DNA of 52,516 nucleotides from an uncultured Verrucomicrobiota bacterium (GTDB lineage Bacteria; Verrucomicrobiota; Verrucomicrobiia; JABWAM01): NCBI GenBank assembly GCA_964653025.1, contig CAZZBZ010000008.1, positions 1 to 52,516 of the forward strand, read 5' to 3'. Shown piece by piece: positions 21,771 to 32,721 of this stretch (position 1 is its first letter; each line of letters starts with the position of its first letter). The notes under the pieces were generated by a model. It saw only the letters and a program-made list of their open reading frames with translations, ran no database searches and was not told where the DNA came from. The position numbers and the translations under genes were made by a program.

Positions 21771-22283
21771 ATGAGCCTTCCTAATCCCACTCCTTCGCCC
21801 GACCATCCGAGCGGCGACGCCCGTTTTGCGGCGCTGGACCGGACCATCGAGCACTACCATCGCGAGCCCACCGCACTTATCCAGGTGCTGCACTCGGGGC
21901 AGCAACTCTTCGGCTACCTCAGTGCCGACGTGCTCCGCTACATCGCCGCCTCCCTGCGCCTTCCGCTTTCCCATGTCTACGGGGTCGTCACCTTCTACCA
22001 TTTCTTCACCATGGTGCCGCGGGGCAAGCACCAGATCATGGTTTGCCGAGGCACCACCTGCCACGTGCGCGGCGCACAACCCCTCTTGGAGCGCCTCGAG
22101 CACCAGCTTGGTGTCAAGGAAGGCGAGACCACCAAGGACAACCTGTTCAGTCTCAATAGCGCCCGCTGCATCGGGGCCTGTGCCCTCGCCCCCGCCATCG
22201 CCGTGGACGATGATGTCTACGGCAAGCTTTCTCCCAACAAGGTGCCGCGCTTCTGCCAGAAGGAGCTGAAAAAGTATGTTTGA
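21771..22283 (+). CDS. hoxE: NuoE-like [2Fe-2S] subunit (HydC/HoxE)
   Basis: LIQVLH, YGVVTFYHFF, CRGTTC...RCIGAC. Confidence 0.9.
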   Translation: MSLPNPTPSPDHPSGDARFAALDRTIEHYHREPTALIQVLHSGQQLFGYLSADVLRYIAASLRLPLSHVYGVVTFYHFFTMVPRGKHQIMVCRGTTCHVRGAQPLLERLEHQLGVKEGETTKDNLFSLNSARCIGACALAPAIAVDDDVYGKLSPNKVPRFCQKELKKYV

Positions 22284-22755
22284 GGAGTTGTCACTCCACA
22301 TCCTCGATCTCGCGATGAACTCCCTTTCTGCCGGTGCCTCTTTGATCACGATCCGCGTGAACGAGGACCCCGCCCGCGATCGGTGGGGGTTGCTCGTCCG
22401 CGACAACGGCCGCGGCATGGACCGCGCCACCCTCGCGCGCGTCCTCTCGGGACACGGCAGTACCAAGCCCGGCCGCCGCGAGAGGATCGGCCTTGGCCTC
22501 GCCTTCCTGCAGCAGGCCGCCGAGGCATGTGGCGGACGCTTCCGCATCGCTTCCCTCCCCGGGCGCGGGACCGCCGTGGCCGTGCGCATGCAACTCTCGC
22601 ACGTGGACCGACCCCCGCTCGGCGACCTCGCAGGGACCGTGCGCACGCTTTGCGCCGCCGCGCCTCGCGCACGGATCCGCGTGGACTGCCGCGCGGGCCC
22701 CGAGGTGTTCTCCTTCGATTCCCAAACTGCCCCGCCGCAACCGAAAACCGCATGA
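22276..22755 (+). CDS. Stand-alone histidine kinase-like ATPase (HydE-type of A. woodii hyd operon)
   Basis: ELSLHILDLAMNS, DNGRGM, GLGL, HVDRPPLGD. Confidence 0.85.
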   Translation: MFEELSLHILDLAMNSLSAGASLITIRVNEDPARDRWGLLVRDNGRGMDRATLARVLSGHGSTKPGRRERIGLGLAFLQQAAEACGGRFRIASLPGRGTAVAVRMQLSHVDRPPLGDLAGTVRTLCAAAPRARIRVDCRAGPEVFSFDSQTAPPQPKTA

Positions 22756-23120
22756 ACCTCGACGAACTCAAAAAACTCAAGGATAAGGCCCAGCGACAGA
22801 TCGCCCTGCGCGAAGGTCACAAACGCTACCGCGTCGTCGTCAGCATGGGCACCAGCGGCATCGCCGCCGGCGCCCGCGACGTGATGAAGACGATGCTCGA
22901 CGAGATCGAGAAACGGGGTCTCGACGACGTCGAGGTGCGCATCTCCGCCGAGTTTGCCGCCGGGAATGTCGAGCCCGTCATCCGCGTCGAGCAGACGGAT
23001 GGCGATCCGACCACCTACGACCATCTCACCTCCGACAAGGCGCGCCTGATCGTCGCCGAGCATCTCGCCCGCGGTAAGAAGGTCGAGACCCTCGCCGCCG
23101 GCAACAAGAAAACCAGGTAA
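22752..23120 (+). CDS. Thioredoxin-like ferredoxin homologue (HydD/HndB-like) lacking cysteines
   Basis: LDELKKLKDKA...RVVVSMGTSGIAAGARDV...EPVIRV...IVAEHL; no Cys in the protein. Confidence 0.8.
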   Translation: MNLDELKKLKDKAQRQIALREGHKRYRVVVSMGTSGIAAGARDVMKTMLDEIEKRGLDDVEVRISAEFAAGNVEPVIRVEQTDGDPTTYDHLTSDKARLIVAEHLARGKKVETLAAGNKKTR

Positions 23121-23123
23121 TCC

Positions 23124-24998
23124 ATGGTCCGCTCCCACATCTTGATGTGCGCCGGGGCCGGCTGCCTCAGTTCCGGCGGCACCTCCCTGCGCGACGCCCT
23201 TGCCGCCGAGCTCAAAAAGTGCGGTCTTGAGGACGAGATCCGCTTTGTCGAGACCGGGTGTATGGGGCCTTGTGACCTCGGGCCCATCCTCCTCGTCCAC
23301 CCCGATGGCACCCTGTACCAGCGCGTCACGGCCGCGGATGTCCCCCGCCTCGTCGAGGAGCACTTCATCAAGGGGCGTCCCTACGCCAAGCTGCTCCCGC
23401 GCGACAAGACCAGCGACGCCGTGATCCGCACCCAGGCCGAGTTCTCTTTTTTCGCGAAGCAGGAGAAGATCGTTCTCGAGAACTGCGGGGTCATCGATCC
23501 CGAGAACATCGAGGAGTACATCGCGCGCGACGGTTATGCCGCGCTGGGCAAAGTCCTCACCTCGATGAAACCGGAGCAGGTCATCGCCGAGCTCAAGGCG
23601 AGCGGTCTCCGCGGCCGCGGCGGCGCCGGGTTTCCCACCGGCCTGAAGTGGGAGATCATGGCCAAGAGCCCTGCCCATCCGAAGTATTTGATCTGCAACG
23701 CGGACGAGGGCGACCCGGGCGCTTTTATGAACCGCGCCGTGATCGAGGGAGATCCGCACCGCGTCCTTGAGGGCATGGCCATCGGGGCCTACGCGATGGG
23801 CTCGCACCAGGGCTACATCTACATCCGCGCGGAGTATCCGCTGGCGATCAAGCGTCTCGAGATCGCCATCAAGCAGGCCTACAAGCTCGGCTTCCTCGGG
23901 AAGAGCCTCTTTGAGACCGGATTCAGCTTTGACGTCGAGATGCGCATCGGTGCCGGGGCGTTTGTCTGCGGCGAGGAGACCGCCCTCATGCGCAGCATCG
24001 AGGGCCGCCGCGGCCAACCCTCCCCCCGACCCCCGTTCCCCGCCCAGAGCGGCCTCTGGGGCAAGCCCACCAACATCAACAACGTCGAGACCTGGGGCAC
24101 CATCCGCCCCATCATCCTCCGAGGTGCGGCGTGGTACTCCTCCATCGGCACCGAGAAGGCAAAGGGCACCAAGGTCTTCGCCCTCGCCGGCAAGGTCGTG
24201 AACACCGGCCTCGCCGAGGTTCCCCTCGGCACGCCGATGCGCCAGATCATCTATGACATCGGGGGTGGCGTCCCCGGCGGCAAGCGCCTCAAGGCCGTCC
24301 AGAGCGGCGGTCCCTCGGGCGGCGTCATTCCCGAGCATCTCCTCGATACCCCCACCGACTACGAGAACCTCCAGAAGCTCGGCTCCATCATGGGATCCGG
24401 AGGCATGGTCGTCATGGACGAGGACTCCTGCATGGTGGACATCGCTCGCTTCTTCATGGAGTTCTGCTGCGACGAGTCCTGCGGCAAGTGCCCGCCCTGC
24501 CGCGTCGGCACCCGCCAGATGCTCAACATCCTCGAGCGCATCTGTCGCGGCGAGGGCACCCTCGAGGACCTCGGCCATCTCGAGACTCTCGGCCAGGCAG
24601 TGAAGGACTCCAGCCTCTGCGGCCTCGGCCAGACCGCGCCCAACCCCGTCCTCACCACCCTCCGCTATTTCCGTGACGAGTACCTCGCCCATGTCGTCGA
24701 GAAACGCTGCCCCGCGCGCGTTTGCCGGGAGATGCTCGACTTTCACATCAACGAGGAGAAGTGCGTCGGCTGCTCGCTTTGCTTCCACGTCTGTCCCGTC
24801 AACACCATCTTCAAGCGCACCGGCCAGAAGAAGTACTACATCGTCGAGGACGCCTGCATCCAATGCGGCTCCTGCCTCGACGCCTGCAAGTTCGAGGCGG
24901 TCATCAAGACCTCCGAGGGAGTCACCCACTCCGAGCCCTCGCGTCCCGCGCTCGAACCCGCCCCGGTCCGCGTCATGAAACAGGTTGCCGAAAAATGA
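23124..24998 (+). CDS. hoxF: NuoF-like FMN/NAD(H) subunit with HydB/BfuB architecture
   Basis: N-terminal [2Fe-2S] (CAGAGC...CMGPC), [41 protein letters not shown]...C, H...CPARVC, C-terminal 2x[4Fe-4S]. Confidence 0.92.
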   Translation: MVRSHILMCAGAGCLSSGGTSLRDALAAELKKCGLEDEIRFVETGCMGPCDLGPILLVHPDGTLYQRVTAADVPRLVEEHFIKGRPYAKLLPRDKTSDAVIRTQAEFSFFAKQEKIVLENCGVIDPENIEEYIARDGYAALGKVLTSMKPEQVIAELKASGLRGRGGAGFPTGLKWEIMAKSPAHPKYLICNADEGDPGAFMNRAVIEGDPHRVLEGMAIGAYAMGSHQGYIYIRAEYPLAIKRLEIAIKQAYKLGFLGKSLFETGFSFDVEMRIGAGAFVCGEETALMRSIEGRRGQPSPRPPFPAQSGLWGKPTNINNVETWGTIRPIILRGAAWYSSIGTEKAKGTKVFALAGKVVNTGLAEVPLGTPMRQIIYDIGGGVPGGKRLKAVQSGGPSGGVIPEHLLDTPTDYENLQKLGSIMGSGGMVVMDEDSCMVDIARFFMEFCCDESCGKCPPCRVGTRQMLNILERICRGEGTLEDLGHLETLGQAVKDSSLCGLGQTAPNPVLTTLRYFRDEYLAHVVEKRCPARVCREMLDFHINEEKCVGCSLCFHVCPVNTIFKRTGQKKYYIVEDACIQCGSCLDACKFEAVIKTSEGVTHSEPSRPALEPAPVRVMKQVAEK

Positions 24999-26815
24999 AC
25001 GCTCCACGCCCGATCACCCTTACCATCGACAGCAAGCCCTGCCAGGGCTTCGAGGGACAGACCATCCTCGAGGTCGCCTCCGCCCACGGGATCACCATCC
25101 CCACCCTCTGCCACCTCAAGGGCCTCACCCCCCTGGGTGGCTGCCGCATCTGCATCGTTGAGATCGAGGGCAGCCCCAAGCTCGTCCCCTCCTGCGCCAC
25201 CCCCGCCACCCACCAATCGAAGGTTCTCACCCAGAGCGAACGCGTCCAGAGCCTCCGCCGCGTCACGCTCGAACTCCTCTTCAGCGAGCGCAACCACAAC
25301 TGCCCCTTCTGCCCCTCCAACAAGGGCGATTGCGAACTCCAGTCCCTTGCCTACCGCGCTGGCATGGACTCCGTCCGCTACCCCTTCCTCTACCCCGGGC
25401 TTCCCGTGGACCTTTCGGGCCGCTACTTCGGCCTCGATCACAATCGCTGCGTCCTCTGCGCCCGCTGTGTCCGCGCCTGCGACGAGGTCGAGGGCATCCA
25501 CACGCTCGACATCGCCAACCGCGGCGCCAAGAACCAGATCCTCGTGGATGGTCGCGCCGATTTTGGCTCGTCGGAGACCTGCACGAACTGCGGCGCCTGC
25601 GTCGCCGCCTGCCCCACCGGCGCCCTTTTCGACAAGTACTCCGCTTTCCACGGCCAACTCTCCCGCTGCGAGACCGTTCGCAGCACCTGCACCGAGTGCC
25701 CCGTCGGATGCGGCGTTCTCGTTTATGTTCGCGACCAGCGTGTGGTCAACGTCCTTGGCGACCCCGGTTCGCCCGTAAACCGTGGCCACCTCTGCGTCCG
25801 CGGCCGATATGGCACCTGGGCCGAGCCCCGCAAGCGCATTCTCCAGCCCCTTCTCCGTGTCGGACAGGGCTTCCGCGCCGCCACCTGGGAGGAGGCTGCC
25901 CGCGCGATCTCGGACGCCCGCCGCGACATCGCACCCGCCCGCCGCGCCCTGCTCGTCTGGCCGCGGGTCTCCCGCGAGACGGCCGATGCCGTCCGCACCC
26001 TCGCCCCGCACTTTGGCCGCGCCGGCCTCTTCCTCGCCAACCATGAGGGCGCCCTCTGCGCCGCGAACGAGGGGATGAAGCCCGATCTCTCCGCCGTGGA
26101 CCGCGCGGATGCCATCGTCCTCGTCGGCGCCCAGCCCGGACGCGACCAGGGCGTCGTCGCTGCCCGCATCCGTTCCGCGGTGCGCAAGCGCGGCGCGAAG
26201 CTCGTCATCCTCAACTCCCGTAAGAGCGACCTCGATTACTACGCCGACATCTCCGCGAATATCGTCACCCTCGAACGTTCGCTTTGGCACCGTGTCGGTG
26301 AGACCCTCGCCGGCTGTCGCGCCCCCCTCGTGGTGTACGGTCCGCAGGCGATGGCGCCCATCGGCGTCTCCGTCATGGAACGCCTCATCGCGGTCCTCGA
26401 ATCCATGGGGGAGGGGACCGTCTCGCTCCTCCCTCTCATGACGGGCCCGCACAGTCTCCCGCTCGCCGCGTCCGGGCTCACCCCCGTCGAACACATCGTC
26501 CCCTGGCTTGATGAAAAGCCGACCGAGTTCCTTTATCTCCTCGTCTCCGACGACCCCACCGGCGGTGCCTCCCTCCTCAAGGAGCGCCACAGCGGCGAAT
26601 GGCTCGACGGACTCCCGTTGGTGGTCGCCCACGCCACCTACGCCTCCGCCCTCACGGAGAAGGCCCACGTCATCCTTCCCGCTGCCGCCTGGGGCGAGAA
26701 GAACGGTTCCTTCCGAAATCTCGAAGGACGGGATCTCACCGCGTGCGCCGCCGTTTCCCCTCGCGGCGAATCGCGTGACGATCCCGCCATTCTCCACGCC
26801 GTCCTCCCCGCCTGA
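24995..26815 (+). CDS. HoxU/NuoG-like multi-Fe-S subunit with C-terminal molybdopterin-oxidoreductase-like fold (HydA/BfuA-like, no H-cluster)
   Basis: [2Fe-2S] C..GGCRIC..SC; HNCPFC..C; [11 protein letters not shown]; [12 protein letters not shown]; [10 protein letters not shown]; [23 protein letters not shown]. Confidence 0.85.
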   Translation: MNAPRPITLTIDSKPCQGFEGQTILEVASAHGITIPTLCHLKGLTPLGGCRICIVEIEGSPKLVPSCATPATHQSKVLTQSERVQSLRRVTLELLFSERNHNCPFCPSNKGDCELQSLAYRAGMDSVRYPFLYPGLPVDLSGRYFGLDHNRCVLCARCVRACDEVEGIHTLDIANRGAKNQILVDGRADFGSSETCTNCGACVAACPTGALFDKYSAFHGQLSRCETVRSTCTECPVGCGVLVYVRDQRVVNVLGDPGSPVNRGHLCVRGRYGTWAEPRKRILQPLLRVGQGFRAATWEEAARAISDARRDIAPARRALLVWPRVSRETADAVRTLAPHFGRAGLFLANHEGALCAANEGMKPDLSAVDRADAIVLVGAQPGRDQGVVAARIRSAVRKRGAKLVILNSRKSDLDYYADISANIVTLERSLWHRVGETLAGCRAPLVVYGPQAMAPIGVSVMERLIAVLESMGEGTVSLLPLMTGPHSLPLAASGLTPVEHIVPWLDEKPTEFLYLLVSDDPTGGASLLKERHSGEWLDGLPLVVAHATYASALTEKAHVILPAAAWGEKNGSFRNLEGRDLTACAAVSPRGESRDDPAILHAVLPA

Positions 26816-26848
26816 ACCTCTCCTTTCTCGCTTTTTCAATTTTTCCTT

Positions 26849-27391
26849 ATGTCCTCCCCAAAAACCAGGATCGCCACCGTATGGCTCAGCGGTTGCTCCG
26901 GCTGCCACATGTCCTTCCTCGACCTCGATGAGCGTCTCTTCGACCTCGTCAAGCTCGTGGACCTTGTCGCCAGCCCCATCGTGGACGTGAAGGAGATCCC
27001 CGAGGCCGATGTCGGCATCGTCGAGGGTGCCGTCGGCAACGTGGAGCAGGAAGAGGTCCTCCACACCCTCCGCAAGCGCTGCAAGATCCTTGTCGCTTTC
27101 GGCGATTGCGCGATGAACGGCAACATTCCCGCCCTTCGCAATCCTTACTCGGTGGACGCCGTGGTTCGTTGCGCCTTTGTCGAGACCGAGAGCACCCAGA
27201 TTGGCGAGATGCCGAACGACCCCTCGGTGCCGGCCCTTTGCAAACGCGTCTCCCCCGTCCACGAACTCGTCAAGGTGGACGCCTTCATCCCCGGATGCCC
27301 GCCCGACGCAGACGCGATCTGGTACGCCGTCACCGAACTTCTCGCCGGCCGCATGCCGAAGTGGAACGAGAAGAACATGAGATACGATTGA
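26849..27391 (+). CDS. hoxY: [NiFe]-hydrogenase small subunit, group 3d type
   Basis: WLSGCSGCHMSFLD, FGDCA, PGCPP; single proximal cluster, 180 aa. Confidence 0.93.
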   Translation: MSSPKTRIATVWLSGCSGCHMSFLDLDERLFDLVKLVDLVASPIVDVKEIPEADVGIVEGAVGNVEQEEVLHTLRKRCKILVAFGDCAMNGNIPALRNPYSVDAVVRCAFVETESTQIGEMPNDPSVPALCKRVSPVHELVKVDAFIPGCPPDADAIWYAVTELLAGRMPKWNEKNMRYD

Positions 27392-27395
27392 GGCG

Positions 27396-27986
27396 ATGTT
27401 CGGAATGCGAATCACAAAAAAAATACCCCGGGGGGAGAGGGTCGTTCCTGGCGAACGCATCGAGGGCCTCATTTGCCTCGTGCGCGGGCAAAAGGTGATG
27501 CTGGATCGTGACCTCGCCGCGTTGTATGGAGTGGAGACGAAGGTGCTGAACCAAGCGGTCCGCCGGAATCTCAAGCGGTTTCCGTCCGATTTCATGTTCG
27601 CCCTGGCCCGTGAGGAGATCATGAGGATGTCACAATCTGTGACATCCTCCCGGCTCAAGTTTTCGAAGCAGGTTCACGCCTTTACCGAGCAGGGAATCGC
27701 CATGCTTTCCAGCGTGTTGCACAGCGACCGCGCGATTGCCGTGAACATCGCGATCATGCGGACGTTCGCTCAGTTGCGCCAGCATCTGGCCAAACACGCC
27801 GAACTGGCCCGTCAACTCGCCGGGGTGGTTCGTCATGTCCAGGACCATGAACAGAAAATCCAGGCGATCTTCGACATCCTGCGCGGCTTGAACCATCCGC
27901 CCGAGCCGCCCCGCAGGCAGATCGGCTTTCACATTCGGGAACGCCGCGCGGTGTACCGCACAAGGAAAGGCCAGACTTCAACATGA
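27396..27986 (+). CDS. ORF6N domain DNA-binding protein
   Basis: RGQKVMLDRDLAALYGVETKVLNQAVRRN..RFPSDFMF, AFTEQGIAMLSSVL, RRQIGF. Confidence 0.9.
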   Translation: MFGMRITKKIPRGERVVPGERIEGLICLVRGQKVMLDRDLAALYGVETKVLNQAVRRNLKRFPSDFMFALAREEIMRMSQSVTSSRLKFSKQVHAFTEQGIAMLSSVLHSDRAIAVNIAIMRTFAQLRQHLAKHAELARQLAGVVRHVQDHEQKIQAIFDILRGLNHPPEPPRRQIGFHIRERRAVYRTRKGQTST

Positions 27987-29410
27987 CGACCCGCACCATC
28001 ACGATCAGCCCCGTCACCCGCATCGAGGGCCACGCGAAGATCACCATCCATCTCGACGACGACGGCGAGGTGAATGACGCCCGCTTCCACGTGATCGAGT
28101 TCCGTGGGTTCGAGAAGTTCTGCGAGGGTCGCTACTTCGCCGAGATGCCGCAGATCACCCCGCGCATCTGCGGGATCTGCCCCGTCAGCCACCTCCTCGC
28201 CAGCGCCAAGGCCTGCGACGCCATCCTCGGCGTCGAGATTCCCCCGGCCGCGAAAATGCTCCGAGAGCTCATGCACATGGGGCAGATCATCCAGTCCCAC
28301 GCGCTCAGCTTCTTCCACCTCAGCGCCCCCGACCTCCTTCTCGGCTTCGACAGCGATCCCGCCACCCGCAACGTCGTCGGTCTCATCCAGCAGCACCCCG
28401 AGCTCGCCCGACGCGGCATCCGCCTCCGCAAGTTCGGCCAGGAGATCATCCGCCTCGTCGGCGGTCGCAAGGTCCATCCCGACTTCAACGTCCCCGGCGG
28501 CGTGAACAAGGCCCTCACCGAGGCCGAGCGCAAGGCCATCCTCGACGGCTTCCCCGAGGCCTTCGAATCCGCCCGCATCGCACTCGACCTGCTCAAGAAG
28601 TATCACGACGCCCACCGCGAGGAGGTGGAGGACTTCGCCCGCTTCGAATCCAACTACGCGGGGCTCGTGCAGCCCGACGGGGCCCTCGAACTCTACGATG
28701 GCACCCTGCGCTTCACCAACCCGGAGGGCCGCCCGATCCACGACAAGGTCGCCCCCTCCAACTACCTCGACATCATCGCTGAGGCCACGGAGTCCTGGTC
28801 CTACCTCAAGTTTCCCTTCATCAAGGCGATGGGGTACCCGCAGGGCATGTACCGCGTCGGTCCGCTCGCGCGTCTCAATGTCGCCGAGCGCATCTCCACC
28901 CCCGAGGCCGAGCGCGAGTTCCAGAACTGGCGCGCCAACGGTGCCGTCCAGCGCAGCTCGTTCTTCTTCCACTGGGCGCGTCTCATCGAGGTGATCTACG
29001 GGCTCGAGCGCGCCCGCGCCCTGGTCGAGGATCCCGCGATCACCAGCCGCGATCTCGTCAACCCAGGCCATCCGGCCCGCGAGGAAGGCGTCGGCGTCCT
29101 CGAGGCCCCGCGCGGCACGCTCATCCATCACTACTGGGTGGATTCGGGCGGACGCATCGAGAAGGTCAACCTCATCGTCGCCACCGGCCACAACAACCTC
29201 GCGATGAACCGTGCTGTCCAGTCTGTCGCAAAGAAGTACGTGAAATCCCAGCGCCTGCAGGAGGGGATGCTCAACCGCGTCGAGGCCGCCATCCGCTGCT
29301 ACGACCCCTGCCTCTCCTGCTCGACCCATGCCGCCGGCCAGATGCCGATGGTCGTCGAGCTCCACGATTCGGGAGGTCGCGTCCTCCAAACCCTCCGTCG
29401 CGACGCGTAG
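27983..29410 (+). CDS. hoxH: [NiFe]-hydrogenase large subunit, group 3d type
   Basis: TRIEGH, RGFEKF, L1 PRICGICPVSH, EAPRG, L2 RCYDPCLSCSTH followed by a cleavable C-terminal extension. Confidence 0.96.
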   Translation: MTTRTITISPVTRIEGHAKITIHLDDDGEVNDARFHVIEFRGFEKFCEGRYFAEMPQITPRICGICPVSHLLASAKACDAILGVEIPPAAKMLRELMHMGQIIQSHALSFFHLSAPDLLLGFDSDPATRNVVGLIQQHPELARRGIRLRKFGQEIIRLVGGRKVHPDFNVPGGVNKALTEAERKAILDGFPEAFESARIALDLLKKYHDAHREEVEDFARFESNYAGLVQPDGALELYDGTLRFTNPEGRPIHDKVAPSNYLDIIAEATESWSYLKFPFIKAMGYPQGMYRVGPLARLNVAERISTPEAEREFQNWRANGAVQRSSFFFHWARLIEVIYGLERARALVEDPAITSRDLVNPGHPAREEGVGVLEAPRGTLIHHYWVDSGGRIEKVNLIVATGHNNLAMNRAVQSVAKKYVKSQRLQEGMLNRVEAAIRCYDPCLSCSTHAAGQMPMVVELHDSGGRVLQTLRRDA

Positions 29411-29471
29411 CAGCTTGGTCGTTGGAATCGGCGCGCTTGACAGCGGACGAAGGTGGAGCGAGAGAAGACCC

Positions 29472-29708
29472 ATGAGCCAACCCACGATTGCCGACAAGAA
29501 ACCCGCCGTGATCGAACTTCAACCGGGCGACTACTGGTGGTGCGCCTGTGGCCTCTCCAAGTCCCAGCCGATGTGCGACGGCTCACACCGTGGCAGCGGC
29601 ATGGGCCCGAAGAAGGTCACGATCGAGAAGGCCGGAAAGGTCGCCCTCTGCAACTGCAAGCACTCGAAGAAAGGTGCCTTCTGCGACGGCACCCACGCCT
29701 CGCTGTAG
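29472..29708 (+). CDS. CDGSH iron-sulfur domain protein (two domains, MiNT-like)
   Basis: WCACGLSKSQPMCDGSH and LCNCKHSKKGAFCDGTH. Confidence 0.92.
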   Translation: MSQPTIADKKPAVIELQPGDYWWCACGLSKSQPMCDGSHRGSGMGPKKVTIEKAGKVALCNCKHSKKGAFCDGTHASL

Positions 29709-29727
29709 GATTTTTCCAGAGTTGCGC

Positions 29728-29835
29728 CTATTTCCACACACTGCAGGCGTGGTGCCATGCGCGGATGCGGCGGTCGGCGGTGACGATGGTCAGTTCGTGA
29801 GCCCGCGCGGTCGCCACGATGAGGCGGTCCGCCGT
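29728..29835 (-). pseudogene. C-terminal remnant of a PIN/VapC toxin
   Basis: Own translation of the minus strand: TADRLIVATARAHELTIVTADRRIRAWHHACSVWK*, preceded by an in-frame TGA and no start. Confidence 0.7.
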
Positions 29836-29902
29836 TCATGGGATGACGATTTCCTGGTTTCTTGGCTTGGCGTAGCGCGCACCCCTTCCCTATCGTCCAT
29901 TC

Positions 29903-32232
<2,330 letters not shown>

Positions 32233-32236
<4 letters not shown>

Positions 32237-32291
32237 GGCAGGCGCTCCGCCTGCCGTAGATTCAGGATGGCAACCGGTGCGGTTGCCCTAC
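32233..32291. repeat. Inverted doublet of GTAG-headed REP palindromes (REPIN/BIME-like)
   Basis: GTAG-GGCAGGCG-CTC-CGCCTGCC (32233-32255) and, on the minus strand, GTAG-GGCAACCG-CAC-CGGTTGCC (32291-32269). Confidence 0.75.
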
Positions 32292-32328
32292 AGTCACTGA
32301 ACACACACCCTTACGTAGGAATTTGCTT

Positions 32329-32721
32329 ATGCTCAGCTATCTCTGGATCGGAATCGGCAGCGCGTTGGGGGGAATGGGGCGCTACTGGCTTTCGGGGTTG
32401 ATCGCGCAACGCGTCGGCGAGACGTTTCCCTGGGACACTTTGCTAGTGAACGTGAGTGGCTCGTTCGCGATCGGTTTTTTCGCCACGCTCACCGCGCCGG
32501 ATGGGCGCTGGTTCGTTGCCCCTTCGTTTCGCGAGTTTTTTATGCTCGGCTTGTGCGGCGGCTACACGACCTTCTCCTCGTTCAGCCTCCAGACACTGAG
32601 GCTGGCCGGGGAGGGCGAAGGGTTCAGGGCCGGTGCGAACGCCCTGCTTTCGGTGGTCCTGTGCCTGGTTGCCGTCTGGCTGGGGCACTGGCTGGCCTCC
32701 CAACTCAACTCCCTGAAATGA
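32329..32721 (+). CDS. crcB: Fluoride efflux channel Fluc/CrcB
   Basis: GSALGGMGRY, FPWDTLLVNVSGSF, GLCGGYTTFSSF. Confidence 0.93.
   Translation: MLSYLWIGIGSALGGMGRYWLSGLIAQRVGETFPWDTLLVNVSGSFAIGFFATLTAPDGRWFVAPSFREFFMLGLCGGYTTFSSFSLQTLRLAGEGEGFRAGANALLSVVLCLVAVWLGHWLASQLNSLK

Noticed and set aside
21771-26815. Respiratory complex I nuoEFG
   Set aside because: No membrane nuo genes nearby, the flavin subunit has extra HydB-type domains, and the genes are coupled to hoxYH
24995-26815. Formate dehydrogenase alpha subunit or [FeFe]-hydrogenase HydA
   Set aside because: No catalytic Cys/Sec-His motif, shortened Mo-fold, no in-frame TGA, and no H-cluster motifs (TSCCP, MPC, MACPGGC)
21765-29497. 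Very long antisense ORFs (21765-25007, 24836-27658, 27929-29497)
   Set aside because: Shadow frames of GC-rich, strongly codon-biased hydrogenase genes; no recognisable motifs. The same applies to antisense ORFs over uvrB, purB, purL, fhs and fabF
32237-32328. Fluoride riboswitch upstream of crcB
   Set aside because: The GGCGATGG...CGCC core is not seen; the hairpins are better explained as a GTAG-REP doublet
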